From NCBI GenBank assembly GCA_049999805.1, contig JBNGIO010005933.1:1-64000 (forward strand): a stretch of 64,000 bases of DNA, read 5' to 3'. The position numbers were made by a program, and so were the translations under genes. Position 1 is the first letter of the stretch. Every line of letters starts with the position of its first letter. The stretch is from Folioceros fuciformis (lineage: Eukaryota). Positions 1-12,760 of this stretch are shown here, in pieces. The notes beneath the pieces were generated by a model. That model saw only the letters and a program-made list of their open reading frames with translations. It was not told where the DNA came from and did not search any database.

Positions 1-948
1 GGGGGCATCAGCCTCAGCATCAGCACGGGTGAAAGCCAGTTTCAACACAGTGCTCATGGGCCCCAGGCTGCCCTGTACGGAACCCCTAGCTGCATCATAC
101 TCATCCGAATCTTCCTCAGCCGGATCTTCATCATTCAAGTAAAGCTCCCGGAGCGAGGCACAGAGCGGAAGAGCGTTTGCAATACACTGGGCTCCCTCCT
201 CATCCATGCCGATGTGATCCAGATACAGGACATTGAGACGGGGAGCGGTGGCCAGCATGCGAGCCAGGTGCTGTGCCCCTTCACCATCTCCCACTCTGTT
301 GTGGCTTATGTCCAAACATTCCAGGACAGAATCCTGGTTGAAGCCATCGACCAGGGCACCAAGTCCAGCGGCATCAAGCCCAATGTTCCGTGCCTCCAGC
401 CGTCGCAAGCTGCGACTAGAAGCAATGAGCTGGCCCAGGGCCTTGCAACCCGCCAGCCTTCCAAAACCTGAGCACGAATTCAGATCAAGAGATTCCAGGG
501 AAGGGCTGGATGCCAGGCCCTCCAACAGAACCGCGCATTCATTCTCCCGACCGATGCCGATTTGCCAATTGAAAGATATGTACAGCTTTCCGCCGAGACT
601 GCGGCACTGGCCAATAGCTGTCAATACCCGCTTGCGCACTCGCCAGTACCTGCCATCCGTCCTCATTGAAGCTCCCCATGTGAAGAAATCGCCGTACGCC
701 TGTCCGCCCAAGTCGGGGAGTTGGGTCACGGCGTGCCCTTCCAGATCTTCCAGCAGCTGTTGCAGCTTTTCCGGCAACTCGGGCCAGTCATAGTTCTTCT
801 CCATCATGCTGAAGACATCGCCGTACTCCTCCCTGTCCATGTCGTCGGGAAGTTTGGAAAGGGCATGGATAGTTCATTCCACATGTACCAGCAGCTGTTG
901 GACTTTATACGACAACTCGAGCCAGCCATAGTCCTCCTGCTCCGCCAT
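1..948 (-). CDS. ROCO cluster copy 1, 5' part (N-terminal module + RNI-like LRRs); gene continues off the left edge of the window
   Basis: ATG at 948 (MAEQEDY..) is homologous to the starts of copies 2 and 3, but there is an in-frame TGA at 874-876 in a duplicated N-terminal module. The frame from ATG 840 or 807 (MMEKNYDWPELPEKLQQLLEDLEG) is open to position 1 and reads WRVRKRVLTAIGQCRSL..LESLDLNSCSG..LECLDISHNRVGDGEG..KLAFTRADAEADAP, collinear with 28214..30082. Confidence 0.85.
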
Positions 949-1020
949 GCTGCGCTAAGCTGCGCTTTCCAATGCAAGCAAATCTGATGAATGGATTGTA
1001 TGTATCATTCGTTTTGTAGC

Positions 1021-1260
1021 AGGGGCAGCAACCTCACAGCACGCACTCGAGGATTGCGACACCAGACAAGGACAGGCTACGGGACAGCCAACTCACAAGC
1101 ACACACGCGCGGAGGGTTGGGACACCAGACAAGGATAGGCCAGCAGCCAGCAGCCAGCAACCTCCCAACAACACACTCGAGGAGGATTGGCAAACCACAC
1201 CAGGATAGGCTAGGGGACGACAACCTCACAACACACACACTGGGTAAGGATAGGGACACC
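1021..1260. repeat. Degenerate ~60-70 bp tandem repeat upstream of ROCO copy 1
   Basis: Recurring CAACCTCACA..CACACAC..GAGG..ACACCAGACAAGGATAGGCTA units; the same array lies upstream of copies 2 and 3. Confidence 0.75.
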
Positions 1261-1473
1261 AGAGGTGTGGTAGCCGGCAATAGAGCTGGCAGGTCTCACT
1301 CACTCTCTCTCCACTCATCAACGCGTGAGCGTGCGCGTGCTTGACTTTTCCCCTCCCCCGCGCTCTCTCTCTCTGCGACCAGTGGATATTCCTCCTACAT
1401 ACATACTTGTGTGCGTGCAGAATTTTATCAAACCGTAGCTACCTAGGTGTTGTGGACTCACTGGGCCAACCAG

Positions 1474-1550
1474 CATCGTGGACAGGACAAGACACGACAT
1501 CCATCGTGGACACGACCTCCATCGTGGACACGACCTCCATCGTGGACATG
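1474..1550. repeat. 18-bp minisatellite (CCATCGTGGACACGACCT)
   Basis: Three to four adjacent copies visible. Confidence 0.8.
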
Positions 1551-2157
1551 ACTCGACACGAAAGGTTTGTGGGCGGTCGGACCCAGCACCTGAGCTCAGC
1601 TTAGGTCAGTTGGGTTCCTAGCCCAGTCATCGTCATCCGTTCCTTTGGACTCATCAGGGGGAAACGCCCGCCACGCTCATCACTCTCGCCCGCTCCCCTC
1701 CCCTCCCCAGGCGTTGCCACTTGTCTTGGCATCTTTTTATCAACTTCCTGGACCCCTCCGTCTGGCAGCACATCCAAAACACCAAGACAGAAAACAATTC
1801 TCTGACTTTGTCCCCCCTTGTCGAAAAGCGAATGGGGTGTGGAGAAAGAGAGGTACACCATCCCACCACCTTCCTCCATCACAACTTACCATCACGTCAC
1901 CAGGTTCAGGCCACTAACGCTTGCACACTACTCTGTACCAACTTTAGATCGTCAGTGAATTCACAATCAAGCAGTCAGCTCAGCATAGTGCGTGTGAATG
2001 GCATGGCTAGAATGGCATGGCTACCAAATGATGAAGTCTGCAAAACACTATGCTGCGCCTCGTTCGCGTTTCCTGCAAGTATTCCCCCCTCCTGCTCCGA
2101 CCTACCGCAGACGCGTCCGCACGCCAAGCCTCTAACCCTATGCGCAACATATTTCCT

Positions 2158-2465
2158 TAAGGAAGCGTCCTGTTTTATGTATCCGTAATTAATATATTAA
2201 AAACTTAATGTTGTAAAAATTAAAATAAATCATAAAATTAATGCATGCATGTTAGTTAACGTAACTTAAGTAATTTTGTACATTGTTGCTAAAAAGTGAT
2301 CACTCTCTATTTCCTGAAGGGGTGTCCCGTTTTATGTTTCCGTAATTAACATATTACAAATTTAATGTTGTAAATATTAAAGTAAATCGCAAAATTAATC
2401 CATACATGTTAGTTAATGTAACTTAAGTAATTTTGTATATTGTTGCTTAAAAGTGATCACTCTCT
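2158..2465. repeat. AT-rich ~158-bp direct tandem duplication
   Basis: AAGG..GTCC.GTTTTATGT.TCCGTAATTAA...AAGTGATCACTCTCT occurs twice (~2158 and ~2317). Confidence 0.75.
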
Positions 2466-4329
2466 CAGTTTGCAGCTCTTATGCTACTCACTAGCTTGAT
2501 TTTGTGGATGGAGCTAATCTCAAACCCTGAACTTTCACTCTTTCTCAAACCCATGGATAATATTTACATGAAAAATGTCTTGTACAGAATTTTGTACTGG
2601 ACACAATAGCCATAGTCTTCATATGCCATGAAAAATATGTACAATATTATTCTTTCATACAATGCGCGACAGGATTTGTAATATATGTTTCTAAGTAATA
2701 TGAGAGAAGTAGTACTTTAAACCTTTTGGCAAGAATATAATGTAGTGAGCCCTAAAGAACCTAACGAGAAGTGGTGAGCCTTAAAGAACGTAATGAGACG
2801 TAGCACAAGCTAGACTTCTGTAGTCTATAAACGTTGAAAAAAGTAATAGTTTTAAAACAAGCTGTTTGCTCTACTTGCCTGTTAGTCGTAAATTTATGTA
2901 ATGGGTCCTCAATGACATCTAATACCAAACCCATTGATTGGAGAATGCAATTAAGTGTTGCTGCATGGTTCGAAAGAGTCGTAGAGAAGAAGTTATGTAG
3001 ATTATGGCGCACTTGAATAATGAGGAAGCTAAACAGAAACCAAGTCAACATGGAGAAACTCAGATTATGTGAACGTGGTGAACTCAAATGATGAGGAATC
3101 TAGAGAGAAAACATGTCAACATGGTGAACTTAGACAATAAGGAAACTATAGAGGAAACAAATCAACCACTAGAGAAGTAGCTAGAGTCATATTTGATGAG
3201 AATCATAGACTAGCTCTAGTGTTGTGTAGTGCATTAAGTGTAGAAAGTACATACCTTTGTAGGAAAGGTTGTTGTGATCATAAAATGATTATAACTAAGA
3301 AAATAACTAATCACCTACTTAAGGAATCCACCTAGTACTCGTGGTGCCCTTGTGAAGAGTGTGTTATTTTATGAATATCGAGCCAGAACAAAACCCTTGG
3401 ATTAGGTTTTTAGCTCACACAAAGATGTTCAATATAAAATTTGTTGGAAGTAAGGGAAGGAAAGAAGCAGAGAAGGATACTAGTAGTATGCAAATAGTAC
3501 AATAACATAACAAACATGCAGCATTGTCCCATGCACAACCTTACTCTAAATGCCTATGCGGCGGGTTTGGGTTTGCTGTATCATGCATTTCGTGTCACCT
3601 GCAGCGATCACCCCTGAACAAAGAGACGCCCGTGAAAAAAGTGGAATCGCGAATGATGTGAACGGAACAGTCGGGTGAAAGGTAGGCGTCAACGTTTCAG
3701 AGCTGTCTTTTCTTCGATGCTGGAGGATGTCCATTGTGGGATTTTCCTCTGAACAACAATCTATTCGTCTCATGCTCCACAACGGCCATGAGTGGACTGC
3801 TTGTGCTGCACGAGGCGGCGGACATGGTAACGGATCTATCCCTCTGTCAGCACGGCGCTGACGGAGAAGCCCAACAGCCATGACAAGCCCTAGCAATTGT
3901 ATAAGGATGCGAGGCACGCTACCAAGGAGGGGGAACGTGATGAGATCATTTTTCAGGCGCTGGAGGATGTGCTGTGCTGGGCTGGATGCCCAGCCTGGAT
4001 GAACGAGCCAATGAACGATTGAGGGTAGATCCCCTGGCTGAAGGAACGATTGAGGGCAGCTGATCTGCACTGCACCTGATTCGACCAGGATTCGAGCCAA
4101 GCAGCTCTCCTCGTTTTGCAGTACACCAAGTGCGAGTCAGTCCGTGCCTGGGTGCTCTCGAATTCAACATCTAATCCTCAACCACCAGAGCATCATACCT
4201 TACTGGTAGTGCTATCCGGAATGAAATTGTTCCACACTGCCTGACGTGCTCTTGGTCCACCTGAAAGCAAGCCGAAAGATCAAACCATGAACAAGCAACA
4301 CAAGGGCTGCGACCGTTCTTCATACTAGG

Positions 4330-4790
4330 CAGATGTGCACGCTTTCCCTGCATTACTTGTGTGGCGCTGGCGAGCTCTTCAGGCTCGAAATGCACTTGAC
4401 TCATTTCCGTCACCGGGCCGCGGGGACTAAATCTGGTCTGCATCACGGCTTCGCACAATCAACCCCATCCTACTATTTCCTTCTGTTGTAGTTCTGGCAT
4501 TAAATTTCCAGTCCCGAGGACTAGCATGCACCATGATCGATCCGACACTCTTCCAGCAGTGGGACAAGTTTGATAAAAAATAAGTTCCTAACGGTCGAAG
4601 CTCTTGAAGAGCTCATCCTAACTTCATGAGGCGTGACCTCCAGCCACCATCACTCGTATCTGTTTCTATTAAGCAAGTGTCGATGAAGGCACGTGGTAGC
4701 CTCAGCCACGGGTGACGATGGGTTCGCACGATGTCGTTCGTCTAATGCACAACAGCGGCAATGAGTGACCATCCAGAGACCTACCGCTCG
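4330..4790. repeat. Segment duplicated at ~13865-14230 and ~15060-15120
   Basis: Near-identical stretches, e.g. CACCGGGCCGCGGGGA.TAAATCTGGTCTGCATCACGGCTTCGCACAAT and GCGGCAATGAGTGACC.TCCAG.GACCTACCGCTCGGT. Confidence 0.75.
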
Positions 4791-5375
4791 GTTTTGTCTA
4801 GTGTCACTGTTACAAGAAGGCTCCTAAGGCGCTCCAGATGCGATTTGAGTGAGCGACATCCTGTTCCAGCTTTAGTTGGCTGCTCGGAAACTGAAATATA
4901 CATCCTAAGATGAAAACGAAAGATGTGAAAACCAAAAGACCACCATCCTATACTTCTTCAAGCCTCTTCAAACCTAGAGCTGGAGCTGTGTACGAAACCG
5001 CAATGCCACACGTTCTTTCCTCCCTACCCATAGCATCCATGAGCCATCATCTGTTCATGCAAATCAAGATGCGGTGACAGGTCTCTCTTGCCAAGCAGGA
5101 ATTAATGCGTAGAAAGGGAGAAGACAGAAAATGCTCTAAGAAGCAGTTTCATATAGTCACCGACAAACATTTAGCATGTCGCTGAAGACGATACCCGACA
5201 TTTGATTGAAAGCATTACAGGCCCCAGCTGGCCACACGCTAGCCAGGCATATGGAGAGCATGGAATGATCAACACCACTGGCGCTTTATATCGACCTGGG
5301 ACCCTGGAATCTTTCCTTCCATCCTTGTACGGTTATTTGCAGAACCTCCATGGGCCTGGGCTTGCCAATCAAGCT

Positions 5376-5537
5376 TGTTAGCATGTTCATCACGCTTCTA
5401 TCACAGAGTGCTGTTAAAAACAGTGAGTACCAAGATCAATCTATGTTTCAGCACATGGTATTATCCTATATATCCTGGGATATACTTACAGCATTCTAGT
5501 CTAGATGTGTTGTTACCAACCCTATGGATTTCTAACA
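5376..5537 (-). repeat. 3' LTR of the copia element (~162 bp)
   Basis: Inverted termini TGTTAG...CTAACA, preceded on the minus strand by a polypurine tract GAGTGGGAG. Confidence 0.7.
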
Positions 5538-8500
5538 CTCCCACTCAACACATCGACCATCTAATTTATAAATCTTACTCAATTAACCCTAGCATCAACA
5601 TGAACCCTAAACTTCATATGCTTTTCTAAGGCTAGACCTTTGGTAAGAACATCAGTCAGCATGTTCTCTGTATGACAATAAGCTAATTCTATTTCTTTCG
5701 ATTGGACTTTCTCCCTAATGAAATGATGCTTAACTTCAATGTGTTTCGTCCTTGCATGAAAAATAGTATTCTTGGCCAAATGAATGCAGCCTTGATTGTC
5801 ATTGAAGATGAGGGTTGCTCCCTTCTACTTGAATCCCATCTCTTCAAGCAATCTACGAAGCCATATGGCTTCCACTGTTGCAGCTGAGGTTGCCATGTAC
5901 TCTGCTTCTGTAGAGGATAGTGCTATTGTGGGTTGACGTCTACTGCTCCACGAGATGGCTCCCCCAAATAGCATGAAGGCATATCCAATGGTAGACTTGC
6001 GGGTATCGACATCTCTTGCCCAATCTGAATCGCACAATCCAACAACCTAGGCTTCTTCTTTTTTATTTTGGTAAGTTAATTTTCAGTGCTTTGTACCCTA
6101 TAGATACCTGAAAATTCTCTTGACTGCTTGATAATGCTGTTGTTGAGGATTGACCAAGAATTGGCTCACAACCCCCACTGCCTCTGCGATGTCTGGCCTT
6201 GTGCTTGTTGCCAAATAGGTGAGACAGCCAACAGGACGCTGGTAAAGATTTTTGTCTACTCTTTCTGTCACCTTTTCATTTGTAGGATTTGCTTCCTTTG
6301 ACAGTTTCTCGTTGAGGATCATGGGCGTTCTTGTCGGTTTACAATCTTGGATTCCAAAACGCTCCAGTATGTTCTCCACATATGTTTGCTGACTTAAGGA
6401 GATTACCATGTTGATCCTTTGTCTTTCCACCTTTATTCCTAAGAAAAAATGGAGCTTGCCCATGTCTTGCATATCAAAACTTTCTTTGAGGTTCCTCTTA
6501 GTTGAGTTTAAAAGTTCCACATTGTTGCTAGCAATGATCAAGTCATCCACGTACACGGCAGTGATAACAATGGATTCTCCCACTTGCTTCACATATATAT
6601 TCCAATCAACGCTAGTTCTCTTGAAATCTTTAGACTGTAAGTGATTATCGAGCTTACGATACCAAGCAAGGCAGATTGTTTAAGACCGTAGAGAGCCTTC
6701 TGCAGCTTATAAACTTCGCCTTCTTTTCCTAGGGGTAAGGCTCCAACAGCGTCTTCAACCGTAGAAACATTAGGAGTGTCTCCCCCTTCCCCCCTTATGT
6801 CACCAGGTTGAGAAGAGTCGTCAAACATCGGATCAGGCGGGTCAAGGTGGCAGCTAGTTGGAGAAGGCACATCATTATCTCCGGCAGATGGAACATTTGA
6901 AGGGCCCACTCCAGGCATCAACTCGACAGCACCCTGAAAAACAATGTCCCTACTAAAAAAGACCTTCTTCGTAGTAAGATTGTATAACCTATAGCCTTTC
7001 ACAGCATCTGAATAGCCAAGCAGGAGACACTTCGTTCCATTAGCATCCCATTTGGTCCGGCTCTCCTTCGGGATACAAGCGTAGACCATGGAACCGAAAA
7101 CCTTCAAATGTCGGATATCAGGTTTTATACCGGACCATGCTTCCTCTGGTGTCATACTATGTACAGCTTTTGTCGGAACTCTATTCAACACATAGGTTGC
7201 TGTCATGACAGCCTCTCCCCAAAAGTTGACTTGCAAGCCGCTGTGAAACAACATGCACTTGGCTGCTTCCACAAGGCTCTGTATCTTCCGCTCCGCGACT
7301 CCATTTTGCTGCGGAGTGTGTGGAATCTTGAGTTGCCGTTTGATGCCGTTTTCCTTACAAAAACTTTGGAACTGAGAAGAAACATATTCTCCTTCATTGT
7401 CGCTCCGAAGCATCTTAAGGCATTCACCACATTCAGTCTCCACCATACTCTTTCACTCCTTAAAAGTCTGGAACACCTGAGATTTTTCTTTCAAAAGGTA
7501 AGTCCACATCTTCCTTGTAAAATCATCAACAAAGATGAGCATGTAGCGATTCCCACCCTGTGTAGGGTTTCGCATGGGCCTGCTCACGTTAGTGTGGACT
7601 AATTCCAGTGCCTTCTGCACACGATGTGTCGCAGCTTTAGGAAACTTTGTGCGATTTAGCTTCCCATCTGACATCCTGGACACAATTGTGTTACAGTAAT
7701 CTCCTTCAAATCTAATCCTGTCACCATGTCATGAGTCATCATCTGCTTGAGTTTGTCCACTCCGATGTGGCCCAAACGCTGATGCCATAAATCGATAGAC
7801 TCTATGTGGTTGTATGAACTAGCCAGGAACGTACAAGCTTGCTTTCTCATTGAAGCACAAAGTTTGTACAGATTTCCCACACGAACACCATGAGCAACCA
7901 CGTGTGATGGCTCAGGCTGTACAGGTTGAATGCAACAGCCTGTAGAGTTGAAGACTATTTCATGACCTGCATTTGCAATGCGCGCAACTGGAAGAAGATT
8001 CTTCGCGAGATTAGGTACATGATGCACATTCTCTATACGTGCGGGGTTGCCGCCCTGCAACTGAATGTGTAAGACTCCTTTCCCCTCAATATCATGTGAC
8101 GTATTGTCACCGAGTGTGTAGTGTATTATCACTGTATGGCCCTTTGAGAGTCTAGTGTAGCCAGTGAACCCTGGAAGGTTGTAACTGAAGTGCTGAGATG
8201 CACTAGAGTTGAGATAAAGATTCTTATCCTTCGTAGATGAAGTAGCTCCATCGCTAGCCACAAAAGATTGTTCCTATTGAGGTTGCTGACTCGCTTGATT
8301 GGCTTGATAGGATTTCTCCTTCTTCGACTCGTCTGCCAACCTAGTTGTACATTCTTTGGCGTGATGACCTGGCTTCCTGCAATAATAGCAAGATCCTTTC
8401 ATCGTACGGCTCGTACCATCCTTCTTCTTCTCGTCTATAGACTTGGACTCGTCCTTAGACTTGAACTTTGCCTTTCATGGTGAAAAGGACGGCATCATCA

Positions 8501-8643
8501 GTCTTCTCTTTCTTGTTTGAAAACTCCAATTCCTCGTGCAAAAGCAATCCGACCACCTCATCCAACGACGGCGGTTTGTCGTTTGATTGCATCGTGACCG
8601 TTGTCCTAAAGGCCGACACAAGTGGCTTGTAGAGTGGCAACTG
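5376..8643 (-). mobile_element. Ty1/copia LTR retrotransposon, 5'-truncated and degenerate (gag-PR-INT-RT-RNaseH + 3' LTR)
   Basis: Gag zinc knuckle CYYCRKPGHHAKEC (~8345-8390), protease LNSSASQH, LWHQRLGH, integrase VDDFTR/LRSDNEGEY/PQQNGVAER, RT LYGLKQS/YVDDL and RNaseH CDSDWA/STEAEY/KHIEVKHHFIRE, in copia order. Multiple stops, frameshifts and an internal RT deletion. Confidence 0.95.
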
Positions 8644-11600
8644 TTGTGATATCTAGAAGGCACTTCATCAGATGCTGGTTGAGAACCGATTGACTGTGTC
8701 GGTGAATNNNNNNNNNNCACTTCATCAGATGCTGGTTGAGAACCGATTGACTGTGTCGGTGAATACACAGTGTGAGCTTCGCCACACACTCAGTCCTGAT
8801 GATCCCTTCTACTAGTTCAACTCCAGGACTACCTTCAGGAGAGGCACAAAATGCTCTCAGTTGCGCAACAATCCTCTGCTGGAGAAACTGGATCGTTTCG
8901 TCTTTGCTCTTGAGTGACCTCATCAAAATGTCAACACGATCCCCAATGTCCCCGGTCTCGTCCCGAATATCCCCACTGCTCTCCAGAAACACGTCTATAC
9001 CATCGTAGTTAAATCTGATCAAGTTACGCGCAATGCTATACTGATGAGACTGCATACCGCAGAGCCCATCGAACAAGATCTGTCGTAACTTGACCTGCAA
9101 TGCACAAGCAATGGCCATGTCATAAAACCCAAGAGAGGTTATATGACTAACAAAAGAGACAGCTCAGACGGCAACGTACCTGGAATCTTGGAAAGCAGCC
9201 TGGACCGAGAATGTCTTTGTTTCATCTCGGCATTGTAGCCGCCTGCCTACATAATTGTACTTGGACCACGGACCACCTTTCCAGTCCAATTGTCGTTTCC
9301 CTTGAAGAGCTTTACCTTCGGCGTCATCCAAGGTGAAGGGAACGAAGAATCCAGGCCTTGGATTCGCATCATCTCGATAGCACAAGTTTAGTCTCATCAT
9401 CAACGATACCAAATCTTCAACACGAATCCTGTCGGCCGCGTGCGTGTCCTCGAGGATCCGGGTCAAGGTGTCGTTGAGGAGGACTTGAGCAACAAATCCA
9501 CGGTCTCGCGATCTCCCCAAGGAAGGCTGTCCGGCTAGGCGCTCAATGAGATGGCCCAGGAACGAATGACTGATCCAGTGTGGATTTACCACCACAGCAT
9601 CTGCATCTGCATCTTGGAACCAGATGACCCGGCCTGCATTGTGCAGATAGGCAAGAATTGCTTGAAGGCGTTGCTCATCAAATTCTTCAAAAACCTTTTT
9701 GCATCTCTCCTTGGCCACCAGAGGCTGACCTGGATTTTGAGATACCCAGTGAGTCAAAGCAGCACTGAATCGATTGCACGCCTCCGGGACCCAAAACAGA
9801 GGAAGCGCAAATAGCTCTTGAAATGATTGGAATAGCTGCTCCAGCAAAGGTTGCACAGTCTGTTTAGATCGAGCATCCATGAAGAAAGGCGTTGTCCTGA
9901 TAAGAAGTACCTCCTCGAAAGTCTTGGCCAACTCTTCCACGACTGGTTGCAGCAGACGAACCAGTAATTTAGCCTCCAGATCCTCCATCTGATCCTTATG
10001 AGTGACAACCACAAATACCCGAGGCAAACAGGAACCCACGTTGCGAGAATTGGAGTGGACGAATCTAAGCCAAAACTTGAAGCTGTTTCTGAACTTGTCC
10101 AGCAGCACTTCATCGGACGGAAGGGGTTCGACAGGCTTGTGGGCATCAAGTGGGTTGAATGTGAACAGGAAGACACATGTCTGGTTGAAGCTGGGGAACA
10201 AGTAGTCTTGCAGAGCTCGGTAGTGAGCTTGTCCAGCCAGATCCCAAATGGTAACTTCCATCTCGTCGTCGTTGCGCAGCACCTCGATTTCTATGCCTTC
10301 CGTTCGGGGCACAGTTCCGAAACGGCTGCAAGAACATATCCATCCCCAAGCTGAAGACAGATGTTCCCGGAGGGAGACAAGAAGCGACAGGTTGAGTGAT
10401 GCGCGCCATGCGGTGATCATGATGTTTCGGAGAGTGGTCTTCCCTGCGTAAGGTGCACCGCACAGGAAAAGGCGGCCGACCCTGGGCTTCACAGCCTCTT
10501 GCCCCTCCAAAAGCAAAGGCCAGTAGGCCCTGTGACTAACATTGCGTGCCAACGTCGCGTTGATGATGGCCTGCTTTCCCTCTCTCCCCCAGTTTGTGTC
10601 CTCTACGTCGACTTTCTGTAAAGTGGTGTTGACTTGGAGGTACTGCATCAACTCTCTGAACAGCTCATCGCCGAGTCCGTCGCAATACCAAAAGCAGAGC
10701 TCCTTCAAAGACGTATTTTTCGCCAAAGACTGCACCAACGCTTTCATGAAAGAGGGCCACTTAATCCTTTTCAAAACCAGGTTGCGTAAAGATTTGCAAT
10801 CCAGAAACGACATCGAAAATTCACTTAACGACTCGTCACCCTGATAGTCGCACAACTGAAGTGCGGAGAGGGTGGAGTTGTGGCGCCAGGCGTCCAGGCC
10901 GAACTTGACAACAAAAAAGCTGATCCTAAGCTCCGTGATACAATCGTTGGTGCGCAACATTCCGGCCAGCGCGTCGGCCAGGCCTGGCTCGTCTCTGTTC
11001 CTCCTGATATCCAACTTCAGCGTGGTGACTCCAGATATGGGGGCATCAGCCTCAGCATCAGCACGGGTGAAAGCCAGTTTCAACACAGTGCTCATGGGCC
11101 CCAGGCTGCCCTGTACGGAACCCCTTACTGCATCATACTCATCCCAATATTCATCATTCAAGTAAAGCTCCCGGAGCGAGGCACAGAGCGGAAGAGCGTT
11201 TGCAATACACTAGGCTCCCTCCTCATCCATGCCGATACTATCCAGATCCAGCTCATTGAGACGGGGAGCGGTGGCCAGCATGCGAGCCAGGTGCTGTGCC
11301 CCTTCACCATCTCCCACTCTGTTCCAGCTTAGGGTCAAACACTCCAGGACAGAATCCTGGTTGAAGCCATCGACCAGGGCACCAAGTCCAGCGGCATCAA
11401 GCCGAATGTTCCATGCCTCCAGCCGTCGCAAGCTGCGACTAGAAGCAATAAGCTGGCCCAGGGCCTTGCAACCCGCCAGCCTTCCAAAACCTTCGCACCG
11501 ATATAGATCAAGAAATTCCAGGGAAGGGTCGGATGCCACGCCCTCCAACAGAACCGCGCATTCATCCTCCCGACCGATGCCGATTCCCCAACTCGGGTCG

Positions 11601-11833
11601 ATGGACAGGTCGCGGCGGAGACTGCGGCACTGGACAATAGCTGTCAATACCCGCTTGCGCACTCGCCAGTGCCTGCCATCCGTGGTCGTTGAAGCTCCTA
11701 CACTGAAGAAATCGCCGTACTCCTTTCCGCCCAAGTAGGGGAGTTTGGTCAAGGCTTGCCCTTCCAGATCTTCCAGCAGCTGTTGCAGCTCTTCCGGCAA
11801 CTCGCGCCATTCATAGTCTTCCTGCTCCGCCAT
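8644..11833 (-). pseudogene. ROCO cluster copy 2: LRR-Roc-COR (TORNADO1-like), disrupted; C-terminal caspase region missing
   Basis: ATG at 11833; CAG->TAG stop at 11210-11212. Roc motifs GAPYAGKTT, RTEGIEI, WDLAGQ, VTHKD, DARS and COR VNPHW. 1-bp deletion at ~9210. Intron 9095-9179 matches the copy 3 intron. Homology to copy 3 stops at ~8644, where copia gag begins. Confidence 0.9.
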
Positions 11834-11904
11834 GCTGTGCTAAGCTGCGCTTCCCAATGCAAGCAAATATGATGAGTGGATTGAATGTATCATCCGTTTT
11901 GTAG

Positions 11905-12285
11905 CAGGGGCAGCAACCTCACAGCACACACTCGAGGATTGCGACACCAGACAAGGACAGGCTACGGGACAGGCAACTCACAAGCACAAACGCGCGGAGG
12001 GTTGGGACACCAGACAAGGATAGGCCAGCAGCCAGCAACCTCCCAAAAACACACTCGAGGAGGATTGGCAGACCACACAAGGATAGGCTAGAGGACGGTG
12101 ACATCAATCTCACAGGACACACACTTGAGGAAGATCCCGATTGGAACACCAGACACGGATGGGCTAGAGGACGACAACCTCACATCATACACACTTGAGG
12201 AAGATCCCGACTGGAACACCAGACACCTATAAGCTAGGGGACGACAACCTCACAGCACACACACTAGGTAAGGATAGGGACACCA
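11905..12285. repeat. Degenerate ~60-70 bp tandem repeat upstream of ROCO copy 2 (~6 units)
   Basis: Same unit as 1021-1260 and 30060-30410. Confidence 0.8.
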
Positions 12286-12760
12286 TACAAGGTCTCTTGA
12301 ATGTCCGAGACGAGAGGGTTGTGTGGTAGCCGGCAATAGAGCTGCCAGGTCTCCCTCCACTCATCAACGCCTCCACTCATCCCCTTCCCCACGCTCTCTC
12401 TCTCTCTCCGTCTGTGTCTGTGTCTGTGACCAGTGGATATTCCTCCTCCACACCACACCGAAGGCTAAACTTTTCTCAGCTGCTGCTTCCAACCCTCCTT
12501 CCAATTCTCTCGCCCCTACCCCTACTTGTTACAACACCACATGCACCAAAGATGCCTTCCTTTACATGGAAGGCAGGAACAGTACACCAGGTTTGTGGGC
12601 GAAAGGACCCACCTCAGCTCAGCTCACTGGTCAGCAAGGTTCCTAGCCCAGTCATCGTCACGACCCTTCCTTTGGACTCACCTTTGGACTCACCTTTGGA
12701 CTCACATCAGGGGGAACGCGGTTTGTCTGGACCAAGCACGAAGGGCCAAATTTCGTGAAT

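Noticed and set aside
3546-4100. 184-aa minus-strand ORF
   Set aside because: No recognisable motif or coding support.
8661-8767. Apparent 47-bp duplication in the copy 2 COR exon
   Set aside because: It flanks a 10-N gap and is a typical contig-overlap artefact; the same pattern occurs at 61767-61870 and around 40024-40505.
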